Below, in pieces: positions 1 through 9,906 of a stretch of 64,000 bases of DNA; position 1 is the stretch's first letter, and the number at the start of each line of letters is the position of its first letter. Below the pieces are notes generated by a model. That model saw only the letters and a program-made list of their open reading frames with translations, ran no database searches and had not been told where the DNA came from. Source of the DNA: Rubripirellula sp. (GTDB taxonomy: Bacteria > Planctomycetota > Planctomycetia > Pirellulales > Pirellulaceae). The DNA is taken from positions 8,096,001 through 8,160,000 of the forward strand of contig OZ244207.1 in the NCBI GenBank assembly GCA_965216875.1, read 5' to 3'. A program made the translations under genes and the position numbers.

Positions 1-146
1 ATGCGATTGAAGCGACCGCCACACCGATTGACCAAGTGATTCGCAAAACCGAGCTGGAAGCAAGTCGCGTCTTGGCAACGATCAGCGTTCTGGAAATGCG
101 TCGCTTGTTGCGACGCCAAGGTGGTCAATACGTATCGCGAATCTAA
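1..146 (+). CDS. dprA: 3' end of DNA-processing protein DprA (C-terminal winged-helix), partial
   Basis: Frame from position 3 reads AIEATATPIDQVIRKTELEASRVLATISVLEMRRLLRRQGGQYVSRI*, resembling the DprA C-terminal wHTH (ID.....L....V...L..LE..G.Y). Only the last 47 codons are visible. Confidence 0.7.
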   Translation, partial: AIEATATPIDQVIRKTELEASRVLATISVLEMRRLLRRQGGQYVSRI

Positions 147-147
147 C

Positions 148-1083
148 TCAAACGTCCGTCACGCGGCGACGAACTTTCTTGACCGGCTTGCGGTCAAAGT
201 GCGGCGCGGGAATGACCTGATGGGGTGGGCTTGGCACTTCTCGCGACGCCGGCAACGCCTTGCTCGGCGATTCCGAATCGTAGTCCTCATCAAGTCCCGA
301 TGTGGCATCGGCTGATGATCCCATGTCACCCAGATACTCTTCGCGTACTTTGGGATGTTGTTTGACTTCTTCCGGACTGCCGTCGATTAGCACCTGACCT
401 TGGTAGATCACATAGCACCGGTCAACGGTATCAAGGATTTCGCGAGCCGCATGGTCAGTGATCAAGACACTGATGCCACTTTCTCGCAACTGTGCGATGA
501 CCGATTGAATCGACTGGACGGTCACGGGATCGATACCGGCAAACGGTTCGTCGAGCATGACGATTTTGGGATCCGATACCAGACAACGTGCGATTTCAAG
601 TCGTCGCCGTTCACCCCCACTGAGTCCCGCCGCCTTGCTCTTGCGGATGTGTGTGATGTTGAACTCTTCCAGCAACTGGTCGGTGCGCTCGTTGCGCCGT
701 TTGCGGTCGAAGCCGAGCAGCTCGAGCAGCGACGAGATGTTCTGTTCGACGGTCAGCTTCTTGAAGACGCTCGGCTCTTGGGGCAAATATCCCATGTGAC
801 CATCGCGGGCGCGGCGAAACATCGGCCAACTGGTGACGTCTTGCCCGTCAAGGTAGACGCGGCCGCGATCGGGTTCGACCATCCCGCAAATCATACGAAA
901 GCTTGTCGATTTTCCCGCGCCATTGGGGCCCAGCAAGCCGACGATTTCAGATTCGTGGACGTGCAGGTTCACGCCGTCGACTACGCGCCGGCGTCCATAG
1001 GTCTTTTGAAGATCAACGGCCTGCAGGATCGGTCGATCGGTTTCGACTTGGTGATCAAAGGCGATGTTCGTTTGGGCATCCAT
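148..1083 (-). CDS. lptB: LPS export ABC transporter ATP-binding protein
   Basis: Walker A GPNGAGKST, YLPQEPSVF, signature LSGGERRRLEIAR, DEPFAGIDP, ITDH. Start taken at the ATG of MDAQTN (1083); low-complexity C-terminal tail. Confidence 0.93.
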   Translation of the reverse strand: MDAQTNIAFDHQVETDRPILQAVDLQKTYGRRRVVDGVNLHVHESEIVGLLGPNGAGKSTSFRMICGMVEPDRGRVYLDGQDVTSWPMFRRARDGHMGYLPQEPSVFKKLTVEQNISSLLELLGFDRKRRNERTDQLLEEFNITHIRKSKAAGLSGGERRRLEIARCLVSDPKIVMLDEPFAGIDPVTVQSIQSVIAQLRESGISVLITDHAAREILDTVDRCYVIYQGQVLIDGSPEEVKQHPKVREEYLGDMGSSADATSGLDEDYDSESPSKALPASREVPSPPHQVIPAPHFDRKPVKKVRRRVTDV

Positions 1084-1109
1084 GCCTGGCTTCTCATTCA
1101 AACGGGAGG

Positions 1110-3182
1110 TTAGTGAATGACCTTCATGCGTTTCACATTGGGTGTGAACGGAACAGGCCGCCACCACGAGTGAGGCCAAAAGACGACAAGCGCTTTGCCG
1201 ACCATCAGTTCTCGCGGCACATAAGACGCATCATTCCATTGATAGGCGAGCTTGTTGACTTCACGCGGAAGATACAGCGGAAGTTTGACGTTGGCCCAAC
1301 ACCGTGCGTCGAGGCTCTCTGGGGAATTGTCGCCCATCGGGAAATACTGCTGGTCCTGCAATGTGAACTCGACCGTTCGCCGTGCTTGCCAGCCTGTTTC
1401 GGGCCACAGTTCGGGCGAGCCGAACAGCTGCTGAATCATTGCGGGCGAACCGCTCGTGCCGGTGAGTCGACGCCACTTGGCGAAGTCGTAATCCGAAAGC
1501 GGGTTCAAGCCGCTCGTCTTGACGGCGATGTAGTACTTGTCGCGGTCGATTTGCAATCGGCGAATGGTTGCTTTCCCACCGCGAACGGCAACGCCGACGG
1601 GGGCGGCATCAAGCGGATGGTTGAGGTCGAATCGCGGTGTGTTTTCGTCATCGGGTCGAAAGACACGCGAGTCGAATGTGGTGGGCGAATCGAATTCGAC
1701 CAAGTCACCGTCGACCCAAAGCAACAACTGGTCATCGCAATTGCTGAATCGGATCTCATGACGGCTGCCGGCGCGAAGAGAGGTCGATGCCTTGGCTTCG
1801 GTTTTGCCGCCGTCAAACGCTCGCGCTTCTGTGTCAACCAACTGAAGTGTCGCGGTCCCGTCACTCAGGTCGACGCGGCACTGGTACATCACGCCCGACT
1901 CGACGAGTTCAAAAACGGCCTCTTTACATGCCGAGTCCGTTTCGACGTCGGCTTCAAGGATGAGGTCGCCGACCCAGTGAAGTCCGTCATTGGCGACGTT
2001 GTAACGTCCGTATTTCCAGCGGCCTGCGAACTGATCAAGTGAGCCGCCCGATTCGTAGCTCGGGTTGAACGTTCCGCCCGTGTCGCGTGAGAGCCCAGGG
2101 ATGCTTATCCCCAATCCGCCAACGGCAACAGGCGCGTCGTCGTACACGTTTGGCCAACCCACTTTGATGTAGGCGTTGTAAGAATAGAAGTCGCTGATCA
2201 ATCGACTGCTGTAAGGATTCACATGAGCCAAGGACATTCCTTGGTCGGCCGCTTCCCACTGCTCGGGGTTTGGCCAGCGGTGGTAATACCGAAGCCACTT
2301 CAATTCGTCGTCGCTCGTATCGACCGACGCGCTCAGGCCATCGGTTGATCTTTGGATCGACCACGAGCTTGGTGGAGGCTCGGTTGCGCCGGGACGCCAC
2401 GGTTGCCACCGACAGGGAAAGCCTGAGCTGATAAGCGTTTCGGATTGCTGGTCGCTGTTGTAAACCAGATGCCGCATTGCCAGCAGTGTGTCGGCGGGCT
2501 TGCGAAGGATTTGACTTGTGTTGGCGTCTTGTCCTGTCGGCCGCGCAAAAACATCACCATGCCGAATCGTAAGCGTTTCGTTTGGTAGGCCGACCAACCG
2601 CTTGATGTAGTTCTGTTTCGGATTGCCTGGGTACTTGAAGACAATCACATCCCAACGCTGTGGGTCTTTGAACGCGTAGCTGAACTTACTGACCAGAATC
2701 CGATCGCCATTGAACGTTTCGTGATCAGGATGACCTGCTAGATCAAGGTTGTTGATGTGCCGACAGTTTGGGCAAATCGTTGCGACGACGGTGTCGACAA
2801 CACCATCCTCGGATCGCTCGATGCTTGCACCACACTGAAAGCGTTGGTTGCATCGATCGCAGAAGACATCCTTGTGAGCCCCCATCAACGTCGGTGCCAT
2901 CGATCCCGTGGGGATCACAAAGGCTTCCGCCAAAAAGGCGCGAAAGAGTAGGGCCAAGATAAAGGCGACCACAAACGCCTCGACCGTTTCTCGCATGCCC
3001 TCGATGCGGTACTTCTCTGCACGGACTTCGGCCGGATCGCGTTTCTCCTCGGGTTTGTCATTTTCAGCTGCCTCCGAGGACGAATCCGATTTGCCTCGCT
3101 GGTCTTTGGCTCGCTTCTTGGCGTTCTTTTTTGATGGCTGGTTCACGTCAAATCTGCTCGGTAGCCTGGGAAATGCTGGCAA
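1110..3182 (-). CDS. lepB: Signal peptidase I, long planctomycete form
   Basis: TM segment then IPTGSMAPTL (catalytic Ser), GDRILVSKF, YIKRLVG (catalytic Lys), MGDN..S.DAR. Start uncertain (3182 or GTG ~3146). Confidence 0.92.
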   Translation of the reverse strand: MPAFPRLPSRFDVNQPSKKNAKKRAKDQRGKSDSSSEAAENDKPEEKRDPAEVRAEKYRIEGMRETVEAFVVAFILALLFRAFLAEAFVIPTGSMAPTLMGAHKDVFCDRCNQRFQCGASIERSEDGVVDTVVATICPNCRHINNLDLAGHPDHETFNGDRILVSKFSYAFKDPQRWDVIVFKYPGNPKQNYIKRLVGLPNETLTIRHGDVFARPTGQDANTSQILRKPADTLLAMRHLVYNSDQQSETLISSGFPCRWQPWRPGATEPPPSSWSIQRSTDGLSASVDTSDDELKWLRYYHRWPNPEQWEAADQGMSLAHVNPYSSRLISDFYSYNAYIKVGWPNVYDDAPVAVGGLGISIPGLSRDTGGTFNPSYESGGSLDQFAGRWKYGRYNVANDGLHWVGDLILEADVETDSACKEAVFELVESGVMYQCRVDLSDGTATLQLVDTEARAFDGGKTEAKASTSLRAGSRHEIRFSNCDDQLLLWVDGDLVEFDSPTTFDSRVFRPDDENTPRFDLNHPLDAAPVGVAVRGGKATIRRLQIDRDKYYIAVKTSGLNPLSDYDFAKWRRLTGTSGSPAMIQQLFGSPELWPETGWQARRTVEFTLQDQQYFPMGDNSPESLDARCWANVKLPLYLPREVNKLAYQWNDASYVPRELMVGKALVVFWPHSWWRPVPFTPNVKRMKVIH

Positions 3183-3634
3183 AGCGGGGCGAAGCGGAAA
3201 TCGGACTGCATCCTAGCTGTTTTGCCCAGCCCCCGAAACTTTGATTCTGAAGGCATTGGAATCGCGGTTTGCTGCTGTATTTGCCACGGTCGGACGAAAG
3301 TTCAACCTGGCGGGAAGGGACCGATTCGGTGCGTGACTGCCGCAAATCGGTCTTTTCAGCTCTCATTTCGGATTTGGTGGGCGTTTCTTGGCCGCATCGG
3401 GGCTGCGATTGTGCGAAACACGCCCGCGCGGGCGCCACGCGAGGATTCTGGGCAGATTGCCACACTTCCCTGTCGTGAAGGGCTCTGCTCAGGTTACGAT
3501 TTTGGAAGGTTGTCTACAGGTTTTCACCCGGCCTCCGACGGCTCTCCTCACCAAATCGGCCGTCTTCGATCCCAATCGGTGGCGGCGATCAACCATCCGA
3601 AATATTTCGTTTCCAATCATTGCGAGTTTGGTCG

Positions 3635-5563
3635 ATGCATCGCGCGGAAAAGCGTCTCCATTGCTCAGTGTGGTTTGCCTGTCTTTTGATGGCAGCATTC
3701 TGCGCGGCAGGGTTTGTTCCTTCATCCCCTGTTTGGGCGGAGGATTCGGAGACGGAAGTCGATCCGCTTGAGGCTGAGCTTGAGAAGCTGATCGAGGGGT
3801 TAGGAAGTCCGAGCTATGCGACTCGGGTTCGTTGTCGCGAAAAGCTCGAACGCATGGGCCTTGCTGCCTTTGACGCACTGCATGATGCCCAAAATCACGT
3901 CGACCATGAAATTGTCATGGCGGCACACCAATTGGTAAGCAGTCTGTCGGTGAGTTGGGCCAAGGACACCGACCCGCCTGAAGTTCGCGCGGCACTCGAT
4001 GAATATGGTTCGCTTTCGGACGACGATCGTAGCAGCCGAATTGCGATGCTGGCTGAGTTCAAAGATCGAGTTGGCTTGACGGCGCTTGTGCGTGTCGCCC
4101 GTTACGAACGTCAGCCTTGGTTGAGCCGCAGTGCTGCGCTTGCGGTGATGCAGCAACCGATGTCCGACGACGAAGCCCTGCGGAAAAAACGTGCCGAGGG
4201 AGTGCGCGAGATTCTGGGCACCAATCGCCGACAGGCCTCCCAGTGGTTGCGAGTCTACGCGAGCGATTTGGCACTTGGTGGGTATTCCGCTTCGGAATGG
4301 AAGGAACTGATTCAGAGTCAACGAAAACAAATTGATTCAGGATCAGCGCAGGAGACGACTCGTCCTTCGGTTTTGGAACTCGTTCGGATCTGTGCCGTTC
4401 GCGCGGCGGAAACTGGACAGCACACCGCGGCGATGACGTTGGCACAAAACAACATCGATCTGATTCCGCCAACCACTCGTGATTTGATTGATGCCTCCAA
4501 TTGGTCCATCGACAACGACCTTCACCCCTTCGTGTTGGTGCTTAAGAAACATCATCAGCGGATGTTCCGACGACATCCGGAGTTGCTTTACGGAGCGGCC
4601 GAGGCAGCGAAGGTGGGCGGCGACGGCCAACGGGCGGACGAACTTGCGAAACAGGCAACGTCCGTGAACCCGTTGCCAACGGACGAGACGCAACGTGAGT
4701 CGATGTCGCCCAAGCGGCTTGAAGAGGCTGCGGATGCACATCGCGAGATTGGTCAAAAGCTACAAGAACGTGGATTGCTCTCCTGGGCCGAACGCGAGTA
4801 CCGATTGGTGATCGACACGATGGGGATCGATTCGACACCGGGCGCTTCGGCTCGCAACAATCTGGCGGTGATGCTCGGCGAATTGGAACGCTACGAAGAG
4901 GCGGTCGAAGTCTTGGAGCCGCTCGTCGATCGCATCACGAAGGATGACAAATTCAAAGCGAGGCTCGCCGAAATCTTGTATCCCTACGGAAATGTTCAAA
5001 GTCGCCAGGCCTACTACATCGGCCTTCTCAAGGTCAAACAAGGCGAAACGGAAGCGGCAAAAAGCGAATTGCAAAAAGCGTTTCGGATCAATCCTCGCAA
5101 CATCGATATCCTGATTGAAATGTATCGACTGGAAAGCGATGACGATTGGAACAAAACGGTGCGGTCAACGTTGCGACGCGCTATCCAAAGCAGCAAGTTG
5201 GAGGTCAAGTCGGCCGAGTTTCAGTATCGCCAGGCTGGGGCTGACGAGCGATCAACAAGAGAGTTGGCTGGGAGATTGAATCAGTACGCTTGGTTGGTTA
5301 GCAATACCGAAGGCGACTACCAGTTGGCGCTGGCGTACAGCAAGCGGTCGCTTGAGCTCTACACCGATGCTGCAAAATTGGACACCTGTGCTCGTTGCTA
5401 TTTCGCAGTCGGTGATTTCGAGAACGCTGTCCTCATGCAACGGCGTGCCCTAAAGATGGAACCGCACTCCCCGCCGATGAAGCGACAGCTCGCCCAGTTC
5501 AAAGCGAGTTTGGACAAGCAGAACGCTGAACAAGAGTCAGCGCTCAATAATGACTCGCCGTGA
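3635..5563 (+). CDS. Secreted HEAT/TPR-repeat protein
   Basis: Signal-peptide-like N-terminus, HEAT-like LGSPSYATRVRCREKL, C-terminal TPR motifs (LNQYAWLVS, LDTCARCYFAVGDFENAV). Start uncertain. Confidence 0.75.
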   Translation: MHRAEKRLHCSVWFACLLMAAFCAAGFVPSSPVWAEDSETEVDPLEAELEKLIEGLGSPSYATRVRCREKLERMGLAAFDALHDAQNHVDHEIVMAAHQLVSSLSVSWAKDTDPPEVRAALDEYGSLSDDDRSSRIAMLAEFKDRVGLTALVRVARYERQPWLSRSAALAVMQQPMSDDEALRKKRAEGVREILGTNRRQASQWLRVYASDLALGGYSASEWKELIQSQRKQIDSGSAQETTRPSVLELVRICAVRAAETGQHTAAMTLAQNNIDLIPPTTRDLIDASNWSIDNDLHPFVLVLKKHHQRMFRRHPELLYGAAEAAKVGGDGQRADELAKQATSVNPLPTDETQRESMSPKRLEEAADAHREIGQKLQERGLLSWAEREYRLVIDTMGIDSTPGASARNNLAVMLGELERYEEAVEVLEPLVDRITKDDKFKARLAEILYPYGNVQSRQAYYIGLLKVKQGETEAAKSELQKAFRINPRNIDILIEMYRLESDDDWNKTVRSTLRRAIQSSKLEVKSAEFQYRQAGADERSTRELAGRLNQYAWLVSNTEGDYQLALAYSKRSLELYTDAAKLDTCARCYFAVGDFENAVLMQRRALKMEPHSPPMKRQLAQFKASLDKQNAEQESALNNDSP

Positions 5564-5789
5564 GCCGTACACGCTAGCGTCGGGCCTTACACACAACGTC
5601 GCTACGCTCGCCAGAGCGTGGTGATCTTGCAAAGCGGTCTACCGATGGAAACCACCTTCTGGCGAAGGTAGCTACGGGATGCGGTGAGGACGCGGAGCGT
5701 CCGAAGAATGCGTTACCACGCGGAGCGGGGTAACGAGGGCTGGCAGTTCTTAGTACCGAACTTTAGCCGGAATCTCCTCGCAAGCCGCC
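5561..5789. repeat. Composite REP-like cluster (families A, B/B', C, D)
   Basis: A TGAGCCGTACACGCTAGCGTCGGGCC 5561; B GTCGCTACGCTCGCCAGAGCGTGG 5598-5621 with inverted CCACCTTCTGGCGAAGGTAGCTAC 5652-5675; C GGACGCGGAGCGTCC..CGTTACCACGCGGAGCGGGGTAACGAGGGC 5688-5740; D TAGTACCGAACTTTAGCCGGAATCT ~5751-5775. All recur elsewhere in the window. Confidence 0.85.
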
Positions 5790-5929
5790 CAATGGTGACC
5801 AGCGGTAGAAAAACATGGTCAATATGTACCGAAATCGCGATGCATCGTACGACGATGCTGCGTCGCGGCGAGAAACGAGTACCATAGGGGAAGCTGCGGG
5901 TCACCCCTCCCTCCCTACCCCACTCTGTC

Positions 5930-7306
5930 ATGCTGAATTTGACGTCGCGCGGTTCGGCGCACACCTGTGATGGAACCACCCGCCGAGATTTCTTGCAAGT
6001 TGGAACGCTCGGTGCCATCGGTCTAGGCCTTCCTCAACTCCTCGCTGCGCGTGAACTCGGAACGGCCGATCCCGAGAAAGACAAACGCTCGTGCATCATG
6101 ATTTTTAATCTTGGTGCGCCCAGCCAACTCGATACGTTCGACATGAAGCCGAACGCACCGGCCGAGGTTCGTGGTCCATTCAAAGCGATTTCGACCAAAG
6201 GCGATTTTCAACTCTCTGAAATCTTGCCCAAGCATGCGGAGATCGCTGACAAGTTTTCGATTGTCCGCTCGTGCTATCACACGGCAGCTGCTGTCCACGA
6301 TGCAGGGTGGCAGATGTTGCAGACCGGGCGTCAATTCACTGGCGGAGTGAATTACCCACACGCGGGGGCAGTTTTGGAATACATGCGTGGCCGACGCAGC
6401 GACCTCCCGGCACACGTTGTGTTGCCCGAGACGATGGGCCGCGGTGGCGGTAACCTGCCCAACGGCCAAGCGGGCGGATTCCTCGGCAAATCGTACGATC
6501 CGTTTGCGCTGATGGCAGACCCCAGCAAAGAGAACTTCAAAGTCCCCGACTTGTTGCCACCGCCAACGTTGGGCGACGTTCGGATTGATCGCCGTCGACG
6601 CATGCGAGCGGCCATCGAAGGCCGAATGAAAGAGCTCGAGACGACCGAGTCGGCAAAGATGCTGGACAAGAATTTTGACGCTGCTTATCGCTTGATGAAC
6701 AGTGACCAAGCTCGTCAAGCATTCGATCTGTCCAAAGAACCCAAGTCCGTTCGTGAACGGTACGGGATGAACCGATTCGGGCAATGCTGTTTGCTTGCTC
6801 GTCGACTCATCGAAGCTGGCGTCCGCTTCGTCACGATCAATACGTTCTTGACCGTCTTCAACGAAGTGACCTGGGACATCCATGGCAGCAAGCCGTTCAC
6901 AACAATCGAAGGCATGAAGAACATTGTCGCACCGATGTATGACCAAGCCTATGCTGCGTTGATCGCTGACCTGCACGATCGCGGGATGCTCGACGACACG
7001 ATGGTTTGTGGATTGGCAGAATTCGGAAGAACACCCAAAGTCAATCCAGCGGGCGGCCGTGATCACTGGCCACAGTGTTTCTCGTGCACGTTTGCTGGCG
7101 GTGGTGTGCAGGGCGGACGAGCGATCGGCGCGAGTGATCCGATCGGCGCTGTACCGGCCGATCGACCAGCCAATCCCGGCGAAATCGTTGCCTCGATTTT
7201 CAAGAGTCTCGGGCTCGATTTGCATGCCGAATTGCCTGGCCCAGCGGGACGCCCCTTCCCGCTGGTTGATTTTGGTGTTCGCGAGATCAAAGAACTCTTC
7301 GCGTAG
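5930..7306 (+). CDS. DUF1501 domain protein (Tat-like N-terminus)
   Basis: RRDFLQVG, GAPSQLDTFDMKP, FGQCCLLARRLIEAGVRFV, WDIH, EFGRTP, GRDHWP motifs. Confidence 0.9.
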   Translation: MLNLTSRGSAHTCDGTTRRDFLQVGTLGAIGLGLPQLLAARELGTADPEKDKRSCIMIFNLGAPSQLDTFDMKPNAPAEVRGPFKAISTKGDFQLSEILPKHAEIADKFSIVRSCYHTAAAVHDAGWQMLQTGRQFTGGVNYPHAGAVLEYMRGRRSDLPAHVVLPETMGRGGGNLPNGQAGGFLGKSYDPFALMADPSKENFKVPDLLPPPTLGDVRIDRRRRMRAAIEGRMKELETTESAKMLDKNFDAAYRLMNSDQARQAFDLSKEPKSVRERYGMNRFGQCCLLARRLIEAGVRFVTINTFLTVFNEVTWDIHGSKPFTTIEGMKNIVAPMYDQAYAALIADLHDRGMLDDTMVCGLAEFGRTPKVNPAGGRDHWPQCFSCTFAGGGVQGGRAIGASDPIGAVPADRPANPGEIVASIFKSLGLDLHAELPGPAGRPFPLVDFGVREIKELFA

Positions 7307-7417
7307 CCGATTGGATTTCCAATTCCCTCTGCGGGCTTAAGACCCGACTCTCCCCGACGGAGAGCGTCATGCTGTGCGCAGCAACCTACAAAACACTGTC
7401 TTTCGATTGATCGTGAT

Positions 7418-9892
7418 ATGATTCGAGCGTTTTCTGTATTCGTCTTTTCGCTTGTCGCGTCTCTTGGCTGGGCGGAATCGATTCGTGTCTTGCCAACCAA
7501 ATTCACGCTGCATGGATCGCATGGTCGCCAGCAGCTTTCGGTTGTCGAGCTCGATGGTGATATGGCGTCATCTGGAATCGATGACGATTCGGTTGAGTGG
7601 GCGTCGAGTGACCCAGGAGTGGTCTCGGTAAGCGATGGTGTCGCCGTCGCCGTTTCGGATGGCGAAGCAACGATTACCGCAACAGACCACTCTGGCAACA
7701 AAGCCTCCGCCAGTGTTCGTGTCGTCATTGGTGACGAGCCACATCGCTGGAGTTTCCGCAACGACGTTCAATCGGTGTTGTCCAAAGTAGGGTGCAACCA
7801 GGGCGCGTGTCATGGTGCCCTTGCGGGTAAGGGTGGTTTTCGTCTGTCGCTTCGCGGCTACGACAGCGAAGCGGATTACGTAACGATCACACGTGAAGCT
7901 CGCGGTCGGCGCATTGAACTTGGGGATCCGGGCCGCAGTCTGTTGATTGCCAAACCGACCGGGGCACTGCCGCACAAAGGTGGGCTCAAGCTTGATGTGA
8001 ATTCTCGCAACTACAGCATCATCGCCGAGTGGATTGCTGAAGGGGCCGCGCCGCCGACCCAAGACGATGCAAAGTTAACTCACATCTCCGTTCTGCCTGA
8101 AAACTCACTCTTGGCAACTAAGGACGCATCACAGATTCTCGTCAACGCACATTATGACGATGGACGCGTGGTGGATGTCACGCATTGGTCGCGTTTTTCG
8201 GCGACCGACGAAGCGGTGGCGAGTGTTGATGAACAAGGCCGCGTTAGCGTTCGCGGTAGCGGCGAAGGTGCTGTGCTGGTTTGGTTTGGCAGCAAGGTCG
8301 CGCTCGCTCGCATGACCGTTCCCTTTTCCAATCAGGTGTCGGAAGAGGTCTACGCAAAGAGCCCACGCCGAAACTTTATCGATGACCTTAACCTCGCTCA
8401 GCTCAAAACACTGAATCTGTTGCCCTCGCCACGTTGTGATGACGAGGCGTTTCTCAGACGTGCAACACTCGACACGATCGGCCGACTGCCGACACCGGAT
8501 GAACGCAGTGCTTACCTTGCCGATTCCGAAACGCAGCGCCGCGATCGGCTGGTCGAACGACTGCTGGCATGCGAAGAATTTGTCGATTACTGGACGTATC
8601 GTTGGTGCGATATGTTGCTAATCAATGGGACACGTTTGCGTCCTGTGGCTGTGAAAACGTATTACCAATGGGTTCATGACAACGTTCGCGAAAACAAGCC
8701 CTGGGATCAATTTGTTCGCGAGATCCTGACGGCGACTGGTGAAAGCAACAAGAACGGTGCAACCAACTTCTATGCGTTGCATCAGAGTCCCGAGGATATG
8801 ACCGAAAACGCCTGTCAAGCGTTCTTGGGATTGTCGATTGGGTGTGCCAAGTGCCACAACCATCCGCTCGAAAAATGGACCAACGACCAGTACTACTCGA
8901 TGGCGAACCTCTTCGCTCGAGTTCGGGCGAAAGGTTGGGGAGGTGACGGACGCAACGGTGACGGCCTGCGCACCGTCTTTGTGTCATCCTCTGGTGATCT
9001 TGTCCAACCGAGTCGCGGCAAACCACAGCCTCCCGCACCGCTCGATTCAAAGCCTTTGGCAATCGATGATCCCGGCGACCGGCGACTTGCATTGGCCGAC
9101 TGGATGACCAACCCCGACAATCCCTATTTTGCTCGAGCCATCACCAACCGCGTTTGGGCCAACTTCTTTGGTCGCGGTCTGGTTGAACAAGTCGATGATC
9201 TTCGCTTGAGCAATCCTGCGTCCTGCGAACCGTTGCTGTCAGCTGCCGCACAGCACGTCGTCGATTCGAAGTTCGATCTCAAGCAACTGATGCGGACGAT
9301 CTTGCAAAGCGAAACCTATCAACGCAGCAGCATCTCCTTGCCCGAAAATCGCGACGAATCAAAATACCTCAGCCGCTACTATCCGCGCCGGTTGATGGCC
9401 GAAGTGTTGCTTGATTCGATCGATCAAGTGCTTGGGACAACGACCAAGTTTGATCAGATCGCCTTTCCCGGTGCCGATTTTCAAAAGACCGAGTTCTACG
9501 AAGAAGGTACGCGAGCGATCGAATTGTACGATTCGTCCGTCCGTTCGTATTTCCTGAAGACCTTCGGCCGCAATCCTCGCGAAATCACTTGTGAATGCGA
9601 ACGCAGTGACCAGCCGAGCATGGTGCAAGTGTTGCACTTAAGCAATGGTGACACGCTGAACCCCAAACTTGCGGCCAAGGACAACTTGCTCGCGCGGCTT
9701 GTCGAAGAGAAACAGGATGACGCTGCGATTGTCGATGCATTGTTCGTTGCGGCACTTGCACGTATGCCCAGTGACGACGAACGAAAGAATATGTTGGAAA
9801 TCATTGCCGAATACGGCGACGATCGAACAACCGCATTGCAAGACGCCGCCTGGAGCGTCTTGACCAGCACTGAATTCACATTCAATCACTGA
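7418..9892 (+). CDS. DUF1549/DUF1553 planctomycete cytochrome-like protein with Ig-like domains
   Basis: Signal peptide, Ig-like WASSDPGVVSV, CNQGACHG, FLRRATLDTIGRLPT, CAKCHNHP, NPYFARAITNRVWANFFGRGLVE, CECER, EFTFNH end. Confidence 0.9.
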   Translation: MIRAFSVFVFSLVASLGWAESIRVLPTKFTLHGSHGRQQLSVVELDGDMASSGIDDDSVEWASSDPGVVSVSDGVAVAVSDGEATITATDHSGNKASASVRVVIGDEPHRWSFRNDVQSVLSKVGCNQGACHGALAGKGGFRLSLRGYDSEADYVTITREARGRRIELGDPGRSLLIAKPTGALPHKGGLKLDVNSRNYSIIAEWIAEGAAPPTQDDAKLTHISVLPENSLLATKDASQILVNAHYDDGRVVDVTHWSRFSATDEAVASVDEQGRVSVRGSGEGAVLVWFGSKVALARMTVPFSNQVSEEVYAKSPRRNFIDDLNLAQLKTLNLLPSPRCDDEAFLRRATLDTIGRLPTPDERSAYLADSETQRRDRLVERLLACEEFVDYWTYRWCDMLLINGTRLRPVAVKTYYQWVHDNVRENKPWDQFVREILTATGESNKNGATNFYALHQSPEDMTENACQAFLGLSIGCAKCHNHPLEKWTNDQYYSMANLFARVRAKGWGGDGRNGDGLRTVFVSSSGDLVQPSRGKPQPPAPLDSKPLAIDDPGDRRLALADWMTNPDNPYFARAITNRVWANFFGRGLVEQVDDLRLSNPASCEPLLSAAAQHVVDSKFDLKQLMRTILQSETYQRSSISLPENRDESKYLSRYYPRRLMAEVLLDSIDQVLGTTTKFDQIAFPGADFQKTEFYEEGTRAIELYDSSVRSYFLKTFGRNPREITCECERSDQPSMVQVLHLSNGDTLNPKLAAKDNLLARLVEEKQDDAAIVDALFVAALARMPSDDERKNMLEIIAEYGDDRTTALQDAAWSVLTSTEFTFNH

Positions 9893-9906
9893 GAAGAAAA
9901 GACCCC

